Assembly: GCA_008632985.1 (NCBI GenBank) | Contig: QPGO01000033.1 | Coordinates: 62,001 to 126,000 of the forward strand | From: Psammoneis japonica | Taxonomy: Eukaryota | Length of the DNA stretch: 64,000 nucleotides | Direction of reading: 5' to 3' | Part shown: positions 37,261 through 51,575 of the stretch, piece after piece | How positions within the stretch are numbered: the stretch's first letter is position 1 | How the letters are laid out: every line of letters begins with the position of its first letter | Notes under the pieces: generated by a model | Told to the model about the DNA's origin: nothing | The model's database searches: none | What the model saw: only the letters and a program-made list of their open reading frames with translations | Position numbers and translations under genes: made by a program

Positions 37261-38742
37261 ATGAACCAACACAAAAATAATTCGGTCAATCGCCGCAACA
37301 TGGCGTCGTCAAAGACCATGTCTGATTCCAACGCTATGGACGATCAAGAAACAACAAGTTCACCACCCACTGTAGTATCAAGAAAACGAAAAGCCGATGT
37401 GTTGGGTCGACTGGAACAGAGTAGCATGACCCATCAGGGTCGTGGTGCCCTGGTAGGATGGACGTGAGTACATGCGCGGATGTTGCCTGAGATTTTGCTT
37501 TTGAAAGAAACACTCCTTTGTTTCTTTGTGAGATGATCATCCTTAATGTTACGCTCTCTGTTTTCACAATACACACACAGCACGTGTCCACTCTGTGGTC
37601 GATTTTCCAAAAAACGTTATGCTCTGGGTCGCGGAATTTCGGCACATTTGCACGCTGTGCATTCGCCCTGGAATCCTGGAAAGGCAGAACGCAAAAAACG
37701 CAGACTCATTGTTGAGCAACAAGAGTGGAACAAACGAAGGAAAAAAGAAAAGGGGGGTGATTCTAGTAGTAGTAAGGAAGTAAATCAAGTAGAAGAAATC
37801 AAAACGTGGGAACCGACGGAAAAGGAACGTCAAGAATGGAATGACCAAGTGTTGAAGATTACAACCGAATTGGAAACCAAAGCGGCTGCAGCGACAGAAA
37901 CAAATGACAGTAGTTCCACTTTTTCCAAGGGATTGGATCGGAATGGAAAGGTTGCAGTGGACTATCGAACTAGTTTACCGCCCTTTATAAAGGCTGCCGC
38001 CAATGGAGACTTGGAAGTGTTAAAACAAATGATGAGCAACGACTCGTCCGAAAAGGCGAGCGAGCTGTTGACTACACGAGATCGGAATGGATCTACTGCT
38101 GCAAATTGGGCAGCTGGTAATGGTCATTTGGAGTGTTTAAAGTATTTGCTAAAGCTTCAACAAGAGCACAAAAAAACTACGTCAGAACCAAAGAAAAAAG
38201 TGAGACGACGAGACGGAAAATCGTGTCTACATTATGCGGCCAGAAATGGGCACTTGGAATGCATTCGATATCTCATTGATAACAAGTACGAACAAGCGGA
38301 TACAGTATCGGGGGACGGAACGACGCCGTTACACATGGCATGTTTTGGAGGGAATATAAAGGCCATTCAACTGCTGCTATCCACCGAATATAAGGCCAAC
38401 ATTCACGCTGTGAATGATTGGAATTGTGGTGTTGCTCACTGGATCGGCATGACCAAGTGTCAATCCAAAGAAACTGTTTGGGAGATTTGTCAATTGCTGC
38501 AACAGGAGGGTGTCGATTTTTGTGTCTTGCAAAAGCAGAAGCACTCCATTTTGCACAAGGCGGCGCAACGGGGCAATCGTCACGTGATTGAATGGATGGA
38601 TAGCCAAGAGGCGGGATTGACGATGCTACAAAAGCAACAAGTGGGGCAACCCGATGATGGAGGACACAAGCCGAGCGATATCTGGCGGTGTGTAGGTGGA
38701 GAAGCATCGTTTGGAGAATGGATGCATAAGCAGGGATGGTAA
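37261..38742 (+). CDS. Ankyrin-repeat protein with N-terminal C2H2-like motif; intron 37464-37580; start uncertain
   Basis: CPLC...GISAHLHAVH; repeats AAANGDLEVLK, WAAGNGHLECLKYL, LHYAARNGHLECIRYL, TPLHMACFGG. Confidence 0.82.
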
Positions 38743-38799
38743 GCTAGACTTTTTAATGCAGTAGTGTAAGTTTTGCAATGCAGGCTATTCTATAGCGCT

Positions 38800-41700
38800 C
38801 AATCACAAAGCACCTCCTTAAGATGCCCCACAGAAGCCTGAACTGTCCATCATTGTTGATTTTTGGAATGGCTTGAGTGCAAGATTGTGATGGAAAGCTG
38901 AGCGAGTGACACCGGTGTCTCATTTCATCGTCATCATCAAGTGGAGCTTTTCACACAGAGCATCTGTTTCACATTCATTGAGAGGTCTCACCAATGATGT
39001 GGCAACTTTGTGTGCTCCAAACAGCACTTGGGAACACTGCAACAATGGACGGTGGTGTGCCAGGGGCAACAGAGTCTGTTGTCTCTTCTGCCCCTCAAGC
39101 AGAGCTGCTCTCTCCCACAACAAGCTGGGGGAAGGCATGCCAAGAGATGGCTGGGGTGTGGCCTCAGCTGGAGAGTGCAAAGTTGAGCCATGGAAGCAGC
39201 CAGAGTGCAAACAATTTGGCAATCCATCTTTGCTGGCATTTGTGGCAAAAACTTCTTCCTCCTGCACAGAGCTGCCTCATCAGCAGAGTGCCTGCCGGTG
39301 GCAGCAATTTGCAGGAGCAGTCTTTTGTCTGAAGAAGGAGTGCTCCTTTTCTGACTTGTCTGCAAGGTCAGCAAAAGAGCTCCTCACTCTTTTCTCTGCA
39401 CGACTGCCTCAACTTCAACAACTGCTGGGTCTGCTCTTTCTCTGTGTGAGGGCCTTTGCTGCCACATCACAAGAAAGCTCAGCTGGGCTGCCAATGACAG
39501 GTGTGCCATCATCAACCCTCCACAGCTGCCACTTTCCTGCTCAATCATTGGCCCAGGCCAGACAACAAATTCATGCTCAACATCAAGACATGAGGCCACT
39601 TTTGCAAGGCTGTTGTGCCTTTTCACACTCAAAATGTTGGAAAATCAATTTGCGTGGTTGTGGGCTGAAGGTGCCACAGAGAATGGCTGCAACTGCTGCA
39701 CAAAAAAGTGCAAAAAGTTGTTGAGATGAGCTTCTGGCCAGCAGCTCAACAAATGCACCACCAAGCCAACACACAAAACAAGTCCATAATCATGCACAAA
39801 TGTGTGTGAATTTTGTGCACCAAGATGTCATTAAAAAATGTGAAATGTTGCAATTTTTTGCTGTGAGTTCCCACCCAGAGCTGTGGCTTGTCTGTTTTTC
39901 TTTCTGCTTTGCTTGTTGCTTGGCACTCTCCTGCAGCCCAATGGGGACTTTGTCTTGCTGGTCAGCTCCCCTGTCACATTTTCTTCTTTTTTCTTGTTGC
40001 AGTGGCAGCTCTGACTCTCTTGGCAGCACTGCTCTTTCCACCTTGGCTCTCACTGGCTGTCATTTTTTTCATCACATTGTTCAGCAGAGTTGAAGGTGCC
40101 CTGTGTGGGCAAGCTTTTCTTTGTCATCATTGTGCTGTTGTTTGGGTTGACAAGTTCCACTTTGATGATTTCATTGTGTCAGCAGTGCTGTGATTTTTCA
40201 TCTTTTTGTGTCATTGGCCAGGCATGGCAGCTCCCATTGACAGCTTTCATCATTGCATCATTTTCAACTTCTGGAGCTGACAGGTCTTGCTTCTCCTTGC
40301 CAGCAGTTTTTAAATTTTGAGCCCAAATTGCACCCGTGTGCAGCTGCTCCTTGCCCACCCAGCACCAAAGCTGTGCTTTTGTCCTTTGCATGCATTGCCA
40401 CCTCAGAAAGCAGCAGCACTTGGCTTCCATCGGCTCCCTTTGACTGACCAACACTGCACCCTCCAGCCAGCCAGCTTGAGGCAAATTTCTCTGTTGTGAT
40501 GTGTTTTTTCTCAGTTGGCTGTGCTGGCTCTGAATGATCTGGAAACCCAACACTGCCAGAGAAACCATTGCCACCATCTGCAATCTGCAACATCAGATCC
40601 ACAAGCAAAACAACTGCAATTTTTAAACATGTGACCAGCTTCTTCACACAGCTGCCACAATTGTTTGACAAGAACAATGACGATGTTGTTGGGCAAAGAG
40701 CAATCACAGATCTTGTTGGGCAGGAGCAAGAGCTTCTCTGTGGCAGAGAGTTGCACCACACAGACAGAAAAGCTGTCAGGTTTGAGCTGGGTCACTCTGG
40801 CAAAGTTGTTGGCACTGCCCACCTCTTTGCACAAGACATTGCGTGCACTTTTTTCAAGTTTTGGCTTTGCAGCAAGCAAAAATGACATTCTCAAATGATC
40901 TTGAGTGTGCAAGTTGCAAGCAAATGCCCAAGCTAGACATGTGTGGGAGAAAGAGCTTTTTTGGGCATTTTCCATCTAGAGGAGACCCCAATGATCAGCT
41001 GATCTTTAACGCATGGCTTCACACTGGCTGCCACACACAAACAATCAGCTCCTCTCTTCAAACAATCAGCTCCTCCTCTCTTGCTCTTTGCAAGTCCTGC
41101 AGTCTCTGTGTCATCATGGCACACAACATCAAGAGGTTGAAAATGGCAAAGTTGTCTCCACAAGCAGAATGTCACAGAGCTGGAGCAAGACAAAAGAGTC
41201 AGACTCTGGTGCAATTGGATGGCAAAACTCAAAAAGGCAAGCAATCACCTCAGGGGGTGTGGTGTCCTGCAAAACCTTGTCCCAACTCTGGAAGTGAAGA
41301 AGACATGTGAATCTGTCAAGTCTTCCATCAAAAAGTGCAAAGTTGCCCTTCTTGATTGTTTGGACAAGCTTCAGTGAAAGAGTTGTGCTGAGACTGTGCA
41401 CACTGCCTTTCACACTTTCCTGCAGTTTGCTGTTTGGGCACCACTCCAGTTTGTGAGCACACAGGGAAAAGTTTGAGCGGCCTCACAACAACTCTTCATT
41501 CAGGGCTTTTGTGTTGCACTTTGCAGTGCAAGCCCATTGGCTCTCCTCTTTTCACACCAGGTTGAGCTCCAACAAACTGTTGGTGCATTCCAGCCCTGGG
41601 TGGAACTCCATGTGACATGGGCCCACAGAATTCTGTGCACAAGCTCCACAGATCACATGCTGGACAATGAAGAACACATTTGTCTTTGATGTCTGAACAA

Positions 41701-42480
41701 ATGGCCAAGTTGGCGGGCAGTGCATGCATGCCTTGCAGCACTCTGAGTTTTTGAAAGTCTGTCTGCCCTGCTCAATTCTGCAGACATTCAAGAATCACAT
41801 TGTGGGAAAAAGTGACAAAAGCCAACAATTGAGCTGCAAAATGTTGCCAAAGTCATGACAAAAAATGTCAACAATGCCACAGTCCAGGGGCACAAGGCTC
41901 CACCCAGACCTGGCATGCATCTGTTTCCTGTGCCATCTGCTGTGGGATGCATTGACAATCTAAATTTTTCAGACTGGACCCTCCGTGGCACATGAGAAAT
42001 GCTTGGTCAAGGTCCATGCCCACCACCTGCTCGTTTTTGCCCTGGTCTAAATGCCAGACCACACGAGGACATCAAATTGGGTTTGGCAAGAGTAAAAAAG
42101 GTTTTTGCTGCTCTTGTTTGGCACAAAAAATGCCACAGTGAGTGCTGTTCCACATGACCATTCCCTTGGACACACATCTTGAGTGACAAACTCTTCACGA
42201 CCGCTGTGCTTGGACAGACAAATCTCAGCTGGAACAACTGCACACCACTGTTTGAACTTGGTGAGAATGCATCCTTCAATTCATTGTCGTGCTCATCATC
42301 ATTCAAGGAAGAAATCTTTTTGGCTTGAAAATGCGCCTCGCAGAGGAGTGCAAAGTCCGCAGCTGTTGGAATGGGATCATTCGACTCTGTCATTGCGATT
42401 GGCATTTGTGATTTTTTTGGCTGGCTGATGCTGGGCGGGTGAGGAGTGCCACAAGCAAAACTTCCGATCGATCAAGCAAA
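38800..42480. mobile_element. Decayed TpA/CpG-depleted repeat block, family not identified
   Basis: Only about ten TA dinucleotides seen by eye in ~3.7 kb, few CpG, strong TG/CA excess, many overlapping Tyr-free ORFs. Confidence 0.55.
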
Positions 42481-42558
42481 AAAAAAAAATTGTCTTTTTT
42501 CTAACACTGTCATTGCTAATTGTGAGGAAAACTGTGTTAGGTAACGCCGCGCTCCTGT

Positions 42559-44131
42559 TCACACACACTCGTCCGGGACATCTTCTGCCCAACATCTTCC
42601 ATCCGGTGTACAGCATTCTGCATTCAAGTCTCTTTTCCCAGTCTCACCAGCACCAAGGCAGCAAGTGCAACACTCACAGAGAATCAAAGGAGTTAATGAA
42701 ACCGGCGCATCACAATCGGCCGTCACTTCCAGAAACGAATCAAGGTCTGTTCTGTTGCAAAAGAGAGGAGTGAGATCGCCTTCTAAGCTGTTTGAATAAA
42801 GATCGAGAGTCCTCAAAGTAGTGAGTTTCCCTAATTCTGTAGGGACATCACCGAATAAAGTATTGAATTGAACATGGAACTGCCTCAAAGTAGAGGAGAG
42901 AAATCCCAGCTCACGTGGCACCTTTCCACTTAGACGGTTCTGATAGAGAAAAAGCATGGTCAATTTTGAGAGATTTCCAAGTTCTGGCGGGATTGTACCA
43001 GTAAGACAGTTTTCAGCTAGATCAAAGTGGTCTGCAAGAGGAAGGTTGCCTAGCTCAGTCGGAATTGTACCAGTCAGGACATTTCTTTGTAGACTGAGTG
43101 ACCGTATCAGGTGGAGATTCCCCAGCTCAGACGGTATTGTAGATGTTAAGCTGTTGAAGCTAAGGTAAAGCTCCTCCAGGTTCGAGAGTTGCCCCAGCTC
43201 AAATGGTATGGTTCCCTGTAGTTCATTGTGCTCTTTTGAGAACCAGAAAGGAGTAGTTAGCTGCAAACTGCAACGAAATGTAATAGATGCATCACACCTG
43301 CAAAAGCCTACCAAGGTGGATCTTAGAAATAAAGCCGCTTTCGGTACAATTCACTCCGCCAGAATCAGACGGAGTTTGCCAGTTGCAAACAGAAACACTC
43401 TGGAGGAACCTGAGTTCATTGCCCCATCTCACGCCATTGGTCGAAAAATAGAGCAATGCGAGAATGTAACGTTCAAACAATTCTTGACTGCTTTCCACGG
43501 GCAACATCGCGCCGTCAACATTAGCAAGCCAATCCAGCGCTTGATACTGAGATGTAGTGTCGTTGAACAAAAGAGGACCGGAGACGGGTAGAAGAATTTC
43601 ACCAAGAGCCTCCAAACGTGAGAAGGTGGGACTAGGAGATGGAGGAAGTGACACTGCCGGACTGGGCGTCAGAACCGTACGATCATTTTTCGACAGACCA
43701 ACTCCAAGACCAACTGCGATTGCTGTAACAATAAGCAGCAAAGCAGCAAGAACGAACAAACGTTTCGGTTTTACACTTTCTGGGAGGACCTCAGCTACGA
43801 CAGCAGAACTGATCACTTGTTCTCTCGCTTGATACAACATTCGGTTTTCGTCCACGACCTCGGCGGAAACCAGAGTTTCACTAGTCTGTAGCGCTGTTGC
43901 AGCATGTCCTGCTGGTGACGATTCATCTCCTGTGGGCAACGACTCAAACTCTGTGTCTTCATCTTCAGTCGCACTAGCATTTATCCCAGGAACTGCCACA
44001 GCCCCAGGATACACCCGGTTCTCCTCAGGTTGTTCAGTTGCATTTTCTGTTGTGGCAGCTTGTTCGTTTTGTTCAAGATCACCAAGGTGGCGGCGCTCAA
44101 ACTTCTTTCTCTTCCTAAACGATGACCACAT
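42559..44131 (-). CDS. Membrane-anchored leucine-rich repeat protein; intron about 43235-43310
   Basis: PGAVAVPG, TM LLIVTAIAVGLGVGL, QYQALDWLA, ERYILALLYFSTNG..W, plant-type LRRs L.GTIP.ELG.L, C-terminal ADC...CECCTCC. Confidence 0.88.
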
Positions 44132-44542
44132 TTATCGAAAAAGGATTGAATAAGAAACAGATGTGCCAAAGGGGAAGGAAGCGGACCCGATAAGCATGCA
44201 CATCATGTTCGAAAATTGCGTGAGTGCAAACAGAAGCTTATCATAAGCGAGCCTCGAGCAACCGCAGAATGCCATCAAGATTCCGTTTGTTGAGATTCCA
44301 TGGCAGCCGTTGAAGCCACGTGTGACGCAGTAAGTTTTCTACTTAACATCAAGAAAATTTGTCCAACGTACACGTTTTCTACTGAGTGTCACAGCCGTTG
44401 CGCGCGTAAGCGTGGCATCATAAATACGGCGCTGGTGGTTGCTGGTGCCGTGGTGAAAATCAGAAATTTATGAGACCATGGCCGAACAGCTGCGTCGTCT
44501 TCTCTCCATGTACGTAACTGGCAGATAGATCTGTTTCGAATC

Positions 44543-46644
44543 ATGTCGGGAAATGGCAGTCTTCGTGGTTCCCCTCATTCGACATTGACACCTGGAAAAA
44601 GCAAAGAAAAAATGAACTCCAGAAATGGCGAAGCTGAATCTGCTACACAGGCATCGCATGTCTCATCCATTCCAAGCCCCGCTCCGAATAGTAGCGACGC
44701 TGCCGTTTCTGTCACTACAGCCGCTCTACTAGCAACTCCAATAGCGATGCGTCGAAGCGTGTCCACTCCCGCAACAATTGAAACGTCTACACTCAGAATA
44801 CAGAGACCATTCTCGACTCCGCGCGTAGCTCCTAGGCGATTAGTTTCACCGTCGTCGTTAACGCACCAATCGCGAGAATCATCAAGACCGAGATCCTCCT
44901 CCGTCACAAGTCAGTTAAGTAGCGAGGGAAAGTCACTTTCAAGTGGATATGTAGTGAGGCGACAAAGATCCTCTTCCATGTCTCGTAGTAGAGTAAGTGG
45001 AGAGGAGACACCGCTTGGGAAGGGATATATATTCAGGAGACAAACGTCCTTGCCTACAAGAACGTCTTCTGTCAAGGATCGCTCATTTCATCCGCTTGTG
45101 GTAGATGGGGAAGCCTCGGTTGGATCTCTGTCTGAGGAATCGCTTGGTTTTGGAGAGAAATCATTTCCACCTCCGCCTCTTTTCCGTCCGGTCGGTCTAC
45201 AGGCACTGTCGCCATCAACGATACGTTCAGACAGCAGATCTAGTCACCGAGTGTCCTTTGTCAGGGATGAGCCGCCACTGGATCGAATCGACACGGCTGA
45301 ATCGTCAGAAGACGAGTTGATTGTTGCAGTAGACACAGAACTCGGTAGTCCGAGACGACGCATGGCAAAACTAACAGAGGCGGACACGGAACATTCCGCA
45401 TCGACCCCGGACGACAAGAACAATCTCGGTTTTCGGCGAAACAGTGTTCATTACATTGTTTACCTGTCAACCTTTGCTGCTTTCGGTGTTTTTATTCGTG
45501 TCTTTGTGGGACGCTTCTTTGGTTTGGACTGTGAATTGGAGGGCGAAATCAACGACTGGTTCTCGACTTTTGCTCGCAACATTTGCGTCACTGCAACCGG
45601 TTTGACAGAACAAACCGGTGGTGCTCTCTTTATTGATTTACCAGCCAACATGCTGGGATCCTTTCTCATGGGCCTTTTGACGGTGCAAGCCCACAGCAAC
45701 GGGAGGTCACTTTCGCCTCTGCCTTGGCTAAAGGCAGACCATCCGCTTCAGAATCACGATGCATTCAACGTTGCTATCCAAACGGGCATGTGCGGATGTC
45801 TCACAACCTTTGCGTCGTGGAACGCACAACTTGTGGTCATGATGGACGGATCACAAACGGAATTGGGGGCACAGGTGCTTCCGCTCTTGCTGGATACATT
45901 ATTGGGATCATGACGGCTCTGGCGAGCTTTGTCTTTGGATCTCATGTGTCCATATGGATTGATAACTACAAGCGCAAGTCAGACAGTCGTACTGCGTCCG
46001 AAGAATATGAAACGCACGACGCGGGATATCCTGCGATTACTCCCACCAATGAGAATCCACCGCCTCGCACAATCATGGTGTATCCCAAGTTTAAATTCAA
46101 TCGCGATTCTCCTTTTTGGAAAAACGTAATATGGACATGCTCCTGCACAAGACTTCCCTTTTTTATTCTTGCCGGACTCCTATCCATCTTTTTGGTTGCG
46201 GATTTTGTTTGGGGCATTGCCTTTTATCGAGGTTTGTGGTTGCAAGCTTTGTTTGCACCCCCTGGTGCATTACTGCGTTGGTTTCTGGCATCAAGATGGA
46301 ATGACAACATGAGACCTGTTGGTCGATTTAGTTGGGTCCCTTGGGGAACACTGGTTGCCAACCTTGTTGGTTGTCTCGTCTCTGTTGTGATGTTGGATGT
46401 CGAGTTTTGGTATCTGCGGAAGTCTGGTGAATTATCAGAATGGGCACTATCTATAATAATGGCCGTCCGTGTCGGGTTTGCCGGTAGCTTGTCCACCGTC
46501 TCAACCTTTGTCAAGGAACTTGTCGACATTCAAAATCACTATCCAAATCAAGGAAAAGCGTATCAGTATGGCCTCCTTACCATTGGCACCGCAATGGTCA
46601 TGTCGTTGGTTGTATACATTCCAATTGTACGGTCTACTGACTAA
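44543..46644 (+). CDS. Fluoride exporter (FEX/CrcB two-domain protein) with long Ser/Arg-rich N-terminus; frameshift near 45880
   Basis: FAAFGVFIR, DLPANMLGSFLMG, TGMCGCLTTFASW, FAPPGALLRW, GTLVANLVG, GFAGSLSTVSTFVKE. Confidence 0.88.
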
Positions 46645-46968
46645 AATAGAGCTACATATTGTACAGATTAAGTTGCAGTATCAGAACGAGTTTGAATGGA
46701 ATGCATTTTTACCGAAAGCCCGAACCCAACTTCAGTCACGTTTGTGATCGCGTTTGGTTCGCGTGACACGAATGAACTTCCACGTGGCCAATCCCGCCAC
46801 ACGCAGAAAGAAGAAACGGAAACCGATGGAGAACGAAATCCAAATAAGAAGAGCACTGATGCCAACATCATTACCATCATCGCCAAAAGTCTGAAACCCC
46901 AGTGACGGCGTAGGCTGTTCTTTTTCTCTTCTTTTTGTTGAGGCCAAGAAGAATCAAAACGAAACGCC

Positions 46969-48194
46969 ATGGCGGACACGCCTATCAAGCCCCTCGCGGA
47001 GTCCGTCTCATCATCGTCGTCGACTACCAAAATTGGCAACGCAGTACGATTGGCATTCTTTGCAGCCGGAATATGCTCATGCTATCTTTACTACGGAATG
47101 TTTCAGGAGCAAATCTTTTTTAAAAAGGATGTTCACGTCGATGCAACGTTTCTTCTGTTATCCCAGACCGTGAGTAATACTGCGGTTGCTGTGGTTTGGC
47201 AGCAAATATCTGGCGCAATTCAGAAGGACCAGGGCACGGAAAAGCAAGTCAAAGATATGAACACCAGAACTGAAGGCCGTTTACATCATACCATGCTGAT
47301 ACTCAGTAAGTTTGCCATCCAGCCCGACCAGAAAGAGAGATTCTGGATCCGTCTTTGTTGGTGTTGTTCTTGACGATTCCTGACCCATTTTCATTGAATG
47401 CGAATTCGGCAGCCGCCTTTTGTTATTTTGTCGCAATGACGGCTTCCAACGAGTGTTTGCACTATGTTTCGTATCCGACTGCTGTCCTTGCAAAATCTTG
47501 CAAATTAATTCCAACAATGATTATGGGACATCTGGTAGAAAAGCGATCTTACGACGTTCGAGAATGGATTGGCGCTGCTTGCATTACTTGTGGTATCGTA
47601 GTTTTCAACATTTCAAGATTGCAACAAAAAGACCAAGGAGAAAATGATGTCGATTCTGTCTATGGACTAGCGTTGCTGGCTCTAAGCCTTGGCATGGACG
47701 GCCTATTGGGAGCATGTCAAGGACTTCTAAAGCGAGAAGATGAACAGAGTCGAATGGAAGTGACTCCAACCTATCGAGCTCCGACAGCTACTGAAACTAT
47801 GCTCTATGTCAACTTGTACGCAACGGCCTTTCAATTGCCTCTTGCAGTTGTGACTGGTCAGTGGTCCCGTGGAACAACAATGTTACGCGACGAAGGATGG
47901 GATGGACTTGGTCGGGGAATGACAATGTTGAATCTGACGGCCGCTGCTGGGCAAATATTCATCTTCTTGACAATCACTCTGTATTCACCTCTGACTTGTA
48001 CGACAATAACGACGACCCGCAAGTTTTTCACAATACTGATCAGTGTACTTCATTTTGGACACGTATTTATGTCGGTACAATGGAGTTGCGTGCTGCTCGT
48101 GTTTGCGGGCCTGTATTTGGGGATTGCGTCGAAGGCCTCTACGCTGCAAGAAGACAAAGAGGCTCCAAAGAATGTCAAAAAGAAAAGCGCGTAA
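46969..48194 (+). CDS. UAA-family nucleotide-sugar transporter (SLC35B1-like); one intron starting near 47306
   Basis: YLYYGMFQEQIF, YVSYPTAVLAKSCKLIPTM, SLGMDGLLGACQ, GQIFIF, TTITTTRKFFTILIS, C-terminal KKKSA. Confidence 0.9.
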
Positions 48195-48399
48195 AACCAA
48201 CATTGGGCTCCTCACCGCCTACAAAATGCTATTACGGATGATTTCTGGAACCAAGCAAGATAAGGTACCTCTAGTTTGCGCTCTCGCGAAGGAATGACGG
48301 GTGCGGACTAAATGTTACAGCAATGGACGCTAGGTCGAGCGTCGACACCGAGAAAACTTTGAAATCTCAACTTGAAAATAAAGAAACAGATGAGAATAA

Positions 48400-51300
48400 A
48401 TTCTAAGCACCAATGCCAAATTTGCTGCTTACTTTTTTGTTTGCTGCTTCCTCCATTTTTGAATCCGTTTGCATTCTGCTTTGCGACTTCACCAACTTTG
48501 GAGTTGATTGTCTCGGCAACAACATGCTATCGACTGGCATGCCAAGCACAGCTTGAGAGCTGCTACATCATTGCGCACAGCATAAAACTTTGTTGGATCT
48601 TCTATTTGCTTTTGTGCTGGTGCATTGGCCTCGTCGTTAAAACCAAATTGGAAGTCTTTCGACATCCATTTGGAAGCAACCTTGGAATTCCTGTCTCAGG
48701 TCGATGAAATGCAAGGTGGAGTGCAGAGCGTGTACACATTCAATTCTAAATAAGCAGGTTGACAAGACTGGTGGCATTGGACTTTGCACAGGCTTCTGAA
48801 TTCAACATCTCCCACCACATTTTGTCAAGTGATGTGAGAACAGTGGTGTTGACGTGATCAACACTTCCTTGTCATCTTCATGCACTGAAAATTTGCTGCA
48901 AAGTTGCAACATTTTCATGGCATGTTGTCATGTCCCACCAGCATCTTCTGGAGGTGGAGCACCAGACCCATCAAACAGACATGCCATGGATGCATCCTTT
49001 GGAACTTCTCTTTGACATTTCCCAACAACAAGTTGCACAACTCCGCCAATGTCTCCAAAGTCATTCACGCATTGAAGGAACATTTTGCCACCACTGTTTG
49101 CCTCTGAAACAAGTCCTGCAGCTTGATTGCTTTGTGGTCATTTGCGAATGCCCCACCTGTGTGGCATGCCCTGCTTGGCATGCCAGCAAACACCAAGAAG
49201 CACCTCAGCCATCTTTGAAATGCATCAAAGCACACAGCATGCAAGCTCAGATCAGGAGACACAAGAGTTTCATGCTTGGTCTTGGTTTGATGCCATCAAC
49301 TCAGCAGGTGCCATTCATTTGCCCACTTCTTTTTTTTTTTGCTGGACTTGACATTGTCAAGCTAAAACACAGACTTTCTTTGCCACCCGCTTTGCAGATG
49401 TTTCAGAGGTCCATTTTTGCCTCTTGACTCATGACTTGATGATGTGAGTGCATCACCATTGTGTGCTCATCCAAAGTTTTTGCTGTTTTGAAATGAGCAG
49501 AGCTTGGACATTGCATGCAAATGCTTGGAAATGCAGGCAACTGTCTGTTGGAGCTTGTGTTGAAAAAGAGTTCAGGTGTTGTTAGCCTGCTGTGTTTCAA
49601 GATGTCAAATTTTCAACAGCAGTGAGATTTGAGAGCTTTCTGATGCAACTGTTGGCCCCAGTCTCATCCAAGGGAAGACACATTTGCAACGATGACTCTC
49701 CTTGTTCTTCAACCAGATGCTGCAGGAGCGTCCAATTGCTCCATTCAAATTTGTGTCTTCTGGCCCGCACAGTTTCTAACACCAAGCAAAAACACACCTC
49801 ATCAATTGGCCCTGTCAAGTCACTCAGCATGTGTCTTAAAAACCTTCAGCAAGTGCCAAGCAGGCCAGTGAGCAGAGCATTCATGAAAGTGGAGCCACGT
49901 TGATGGAGGAGACCAAAGGTTCATTCAATGAACCAAGTGAAAAGAGCTGCCAAGCCCAGCTCTTTCCAAGAAAATTGATTTTTTACAGAACATGTCTTTG
50001 CAACATCAGAGCAAAAACAATCTCTTGCATGTCAGTCAATCACTTTGGTGCCCCTTCATTTGAGTTTCGTTGAGTCAGAACCAGCGGTGCTTTTGGCAGC
50101 AGGCAGCCCAAAGTGACATGAAATGACAAGGAACAATTGCTTTGGAAAAAAATGCTGGCACAAAGATGAAACTGCCCACCTCACATGCAGCAGCAGATCC
50201 ACCTTGTCCATTTTGTCACCCTGGTTTTGGCAGTTTGGAATGCACCCATCACATGTCCCAAGCAAAGCTGGTGCACTTTTTTTCACCCCCAGGAGCACCC
50301 AGGTGTTCAGATGCATGTTGCAACACAACAATTGCTTGTGCAGTGAAAAAGTTGGTGCACAGGTCTCTTGTTTTGTCTCCATGCAGGTCAGTCATCTCTG
50401 CTGTGGCAGAACACCCACCACAGATTGCAGCTGCAGAGGACTTTTGGTTTTGACCCTCTCCCAAAGAGCAGAAGGAGAGCACAATGTTTTCTGAGGCCAA
50501 AAGTCTTGCTGGCTCCAACAACAGGAAGATTGCTCAGCTCTTTTCAGCTTTGCAACCATCAAAATCACCCGTTGAAAATGATCTAAGCTGCACCCTTTTT
50601 GATGTCATCAGAGGAGTGCATCACCCTTGAGCACAAGCAGCTTCTTCCAATGAGCAGCCCCCCACATTTTTGATGGCAACAGCACCTCTTGTCATGAGGC
50701 CTGTCTCAAGCACAGACCATCTCAAGTTTGACAAATTTGGGCAGTCCAACGATGTTGCCCCGTGTTTCTTGCCACACTGAAAGGTGGCATTGACCATGAC
50801 ACATGCTTCAGAAATGCCCGCCAATGATTGTGGCAACTTTGATGCAAACAAGATTCCATCCATGCCCATCAGCCCACAACAATTTTTTTTTCTCCTGCAC
50901 TGGCTGCTCAAGTTCTTCACCTGATGTGGTGAAAATGCTGCCCCTGCCGTGGAGCTTGCGTGCAAGTGTTTGCTTGGATGAACCATTGGCACTGCTTGAC
51001 GGTCATTCATTTGCTGCATGGATCAACATTTCTGCGCAAAATTCAGCATCAATTTCCATGTGAAAGAAACATTTCTTCCAATGTCCTTCTTCTCAACACA
51101 TGTGTCACTGAGGCTCCTTGTTTCACACCTGCAAGTCCTGAACACTTCTTTTTCTGCTTGCTGTCCTGCCAAGATTGCAGCTCTAAGTGGCAGACTGTTT
51201 GCTTTTGTTCCAGTGCACACAAATTTGAAATTCAGCCAGTCTTTGTGGAAGACAAGACTCGTCCATGGAAGCAAGGTTTTTCTTCCAGAGAGAGTTTGCG

Positions 51301-51560
51301 CTGACTTTGAATCCTCTTCTTAACATGATTGTCCTTTGCTGTGGCAGTTTGGGGGCTTTGCATCCTCTTCAAAAGAAAGCAACAACTTCATTCTTGTGCA
51401 ATTTGTCCTCAACCTGTTGTCTCCGGTGCGCATTGCTGCAAAGAGTGACGTGTTGACTGGCTGATCACATGAACTTCTGCCGCACACCCTGTTCAGGGTG
51501 TGCTGGGGGCAAAGGTGCAATGGCATTAAAAATTGGGTTTAAGTTTTCAACTCAGGCAGT
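48400..51560. mobile_element. Decayed TpA/CpG-depleted repeat block, possibly a Mutator-like DNA transposon on the - strand
   Basis: Compositional signature is clear. Family assignment rests only on VNATFQCG (possible VDATF) near 50780 and is weak. Confidence 0.45.
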
Positions 51561-51575
51561 GCACTGGGGAACAAT

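Noticed and set aside
41038..41082. About 21-bp tandem duplication ACAATCAGCTCCTC
   Set aside because: Ordinary slippage duplication within a decayed element.
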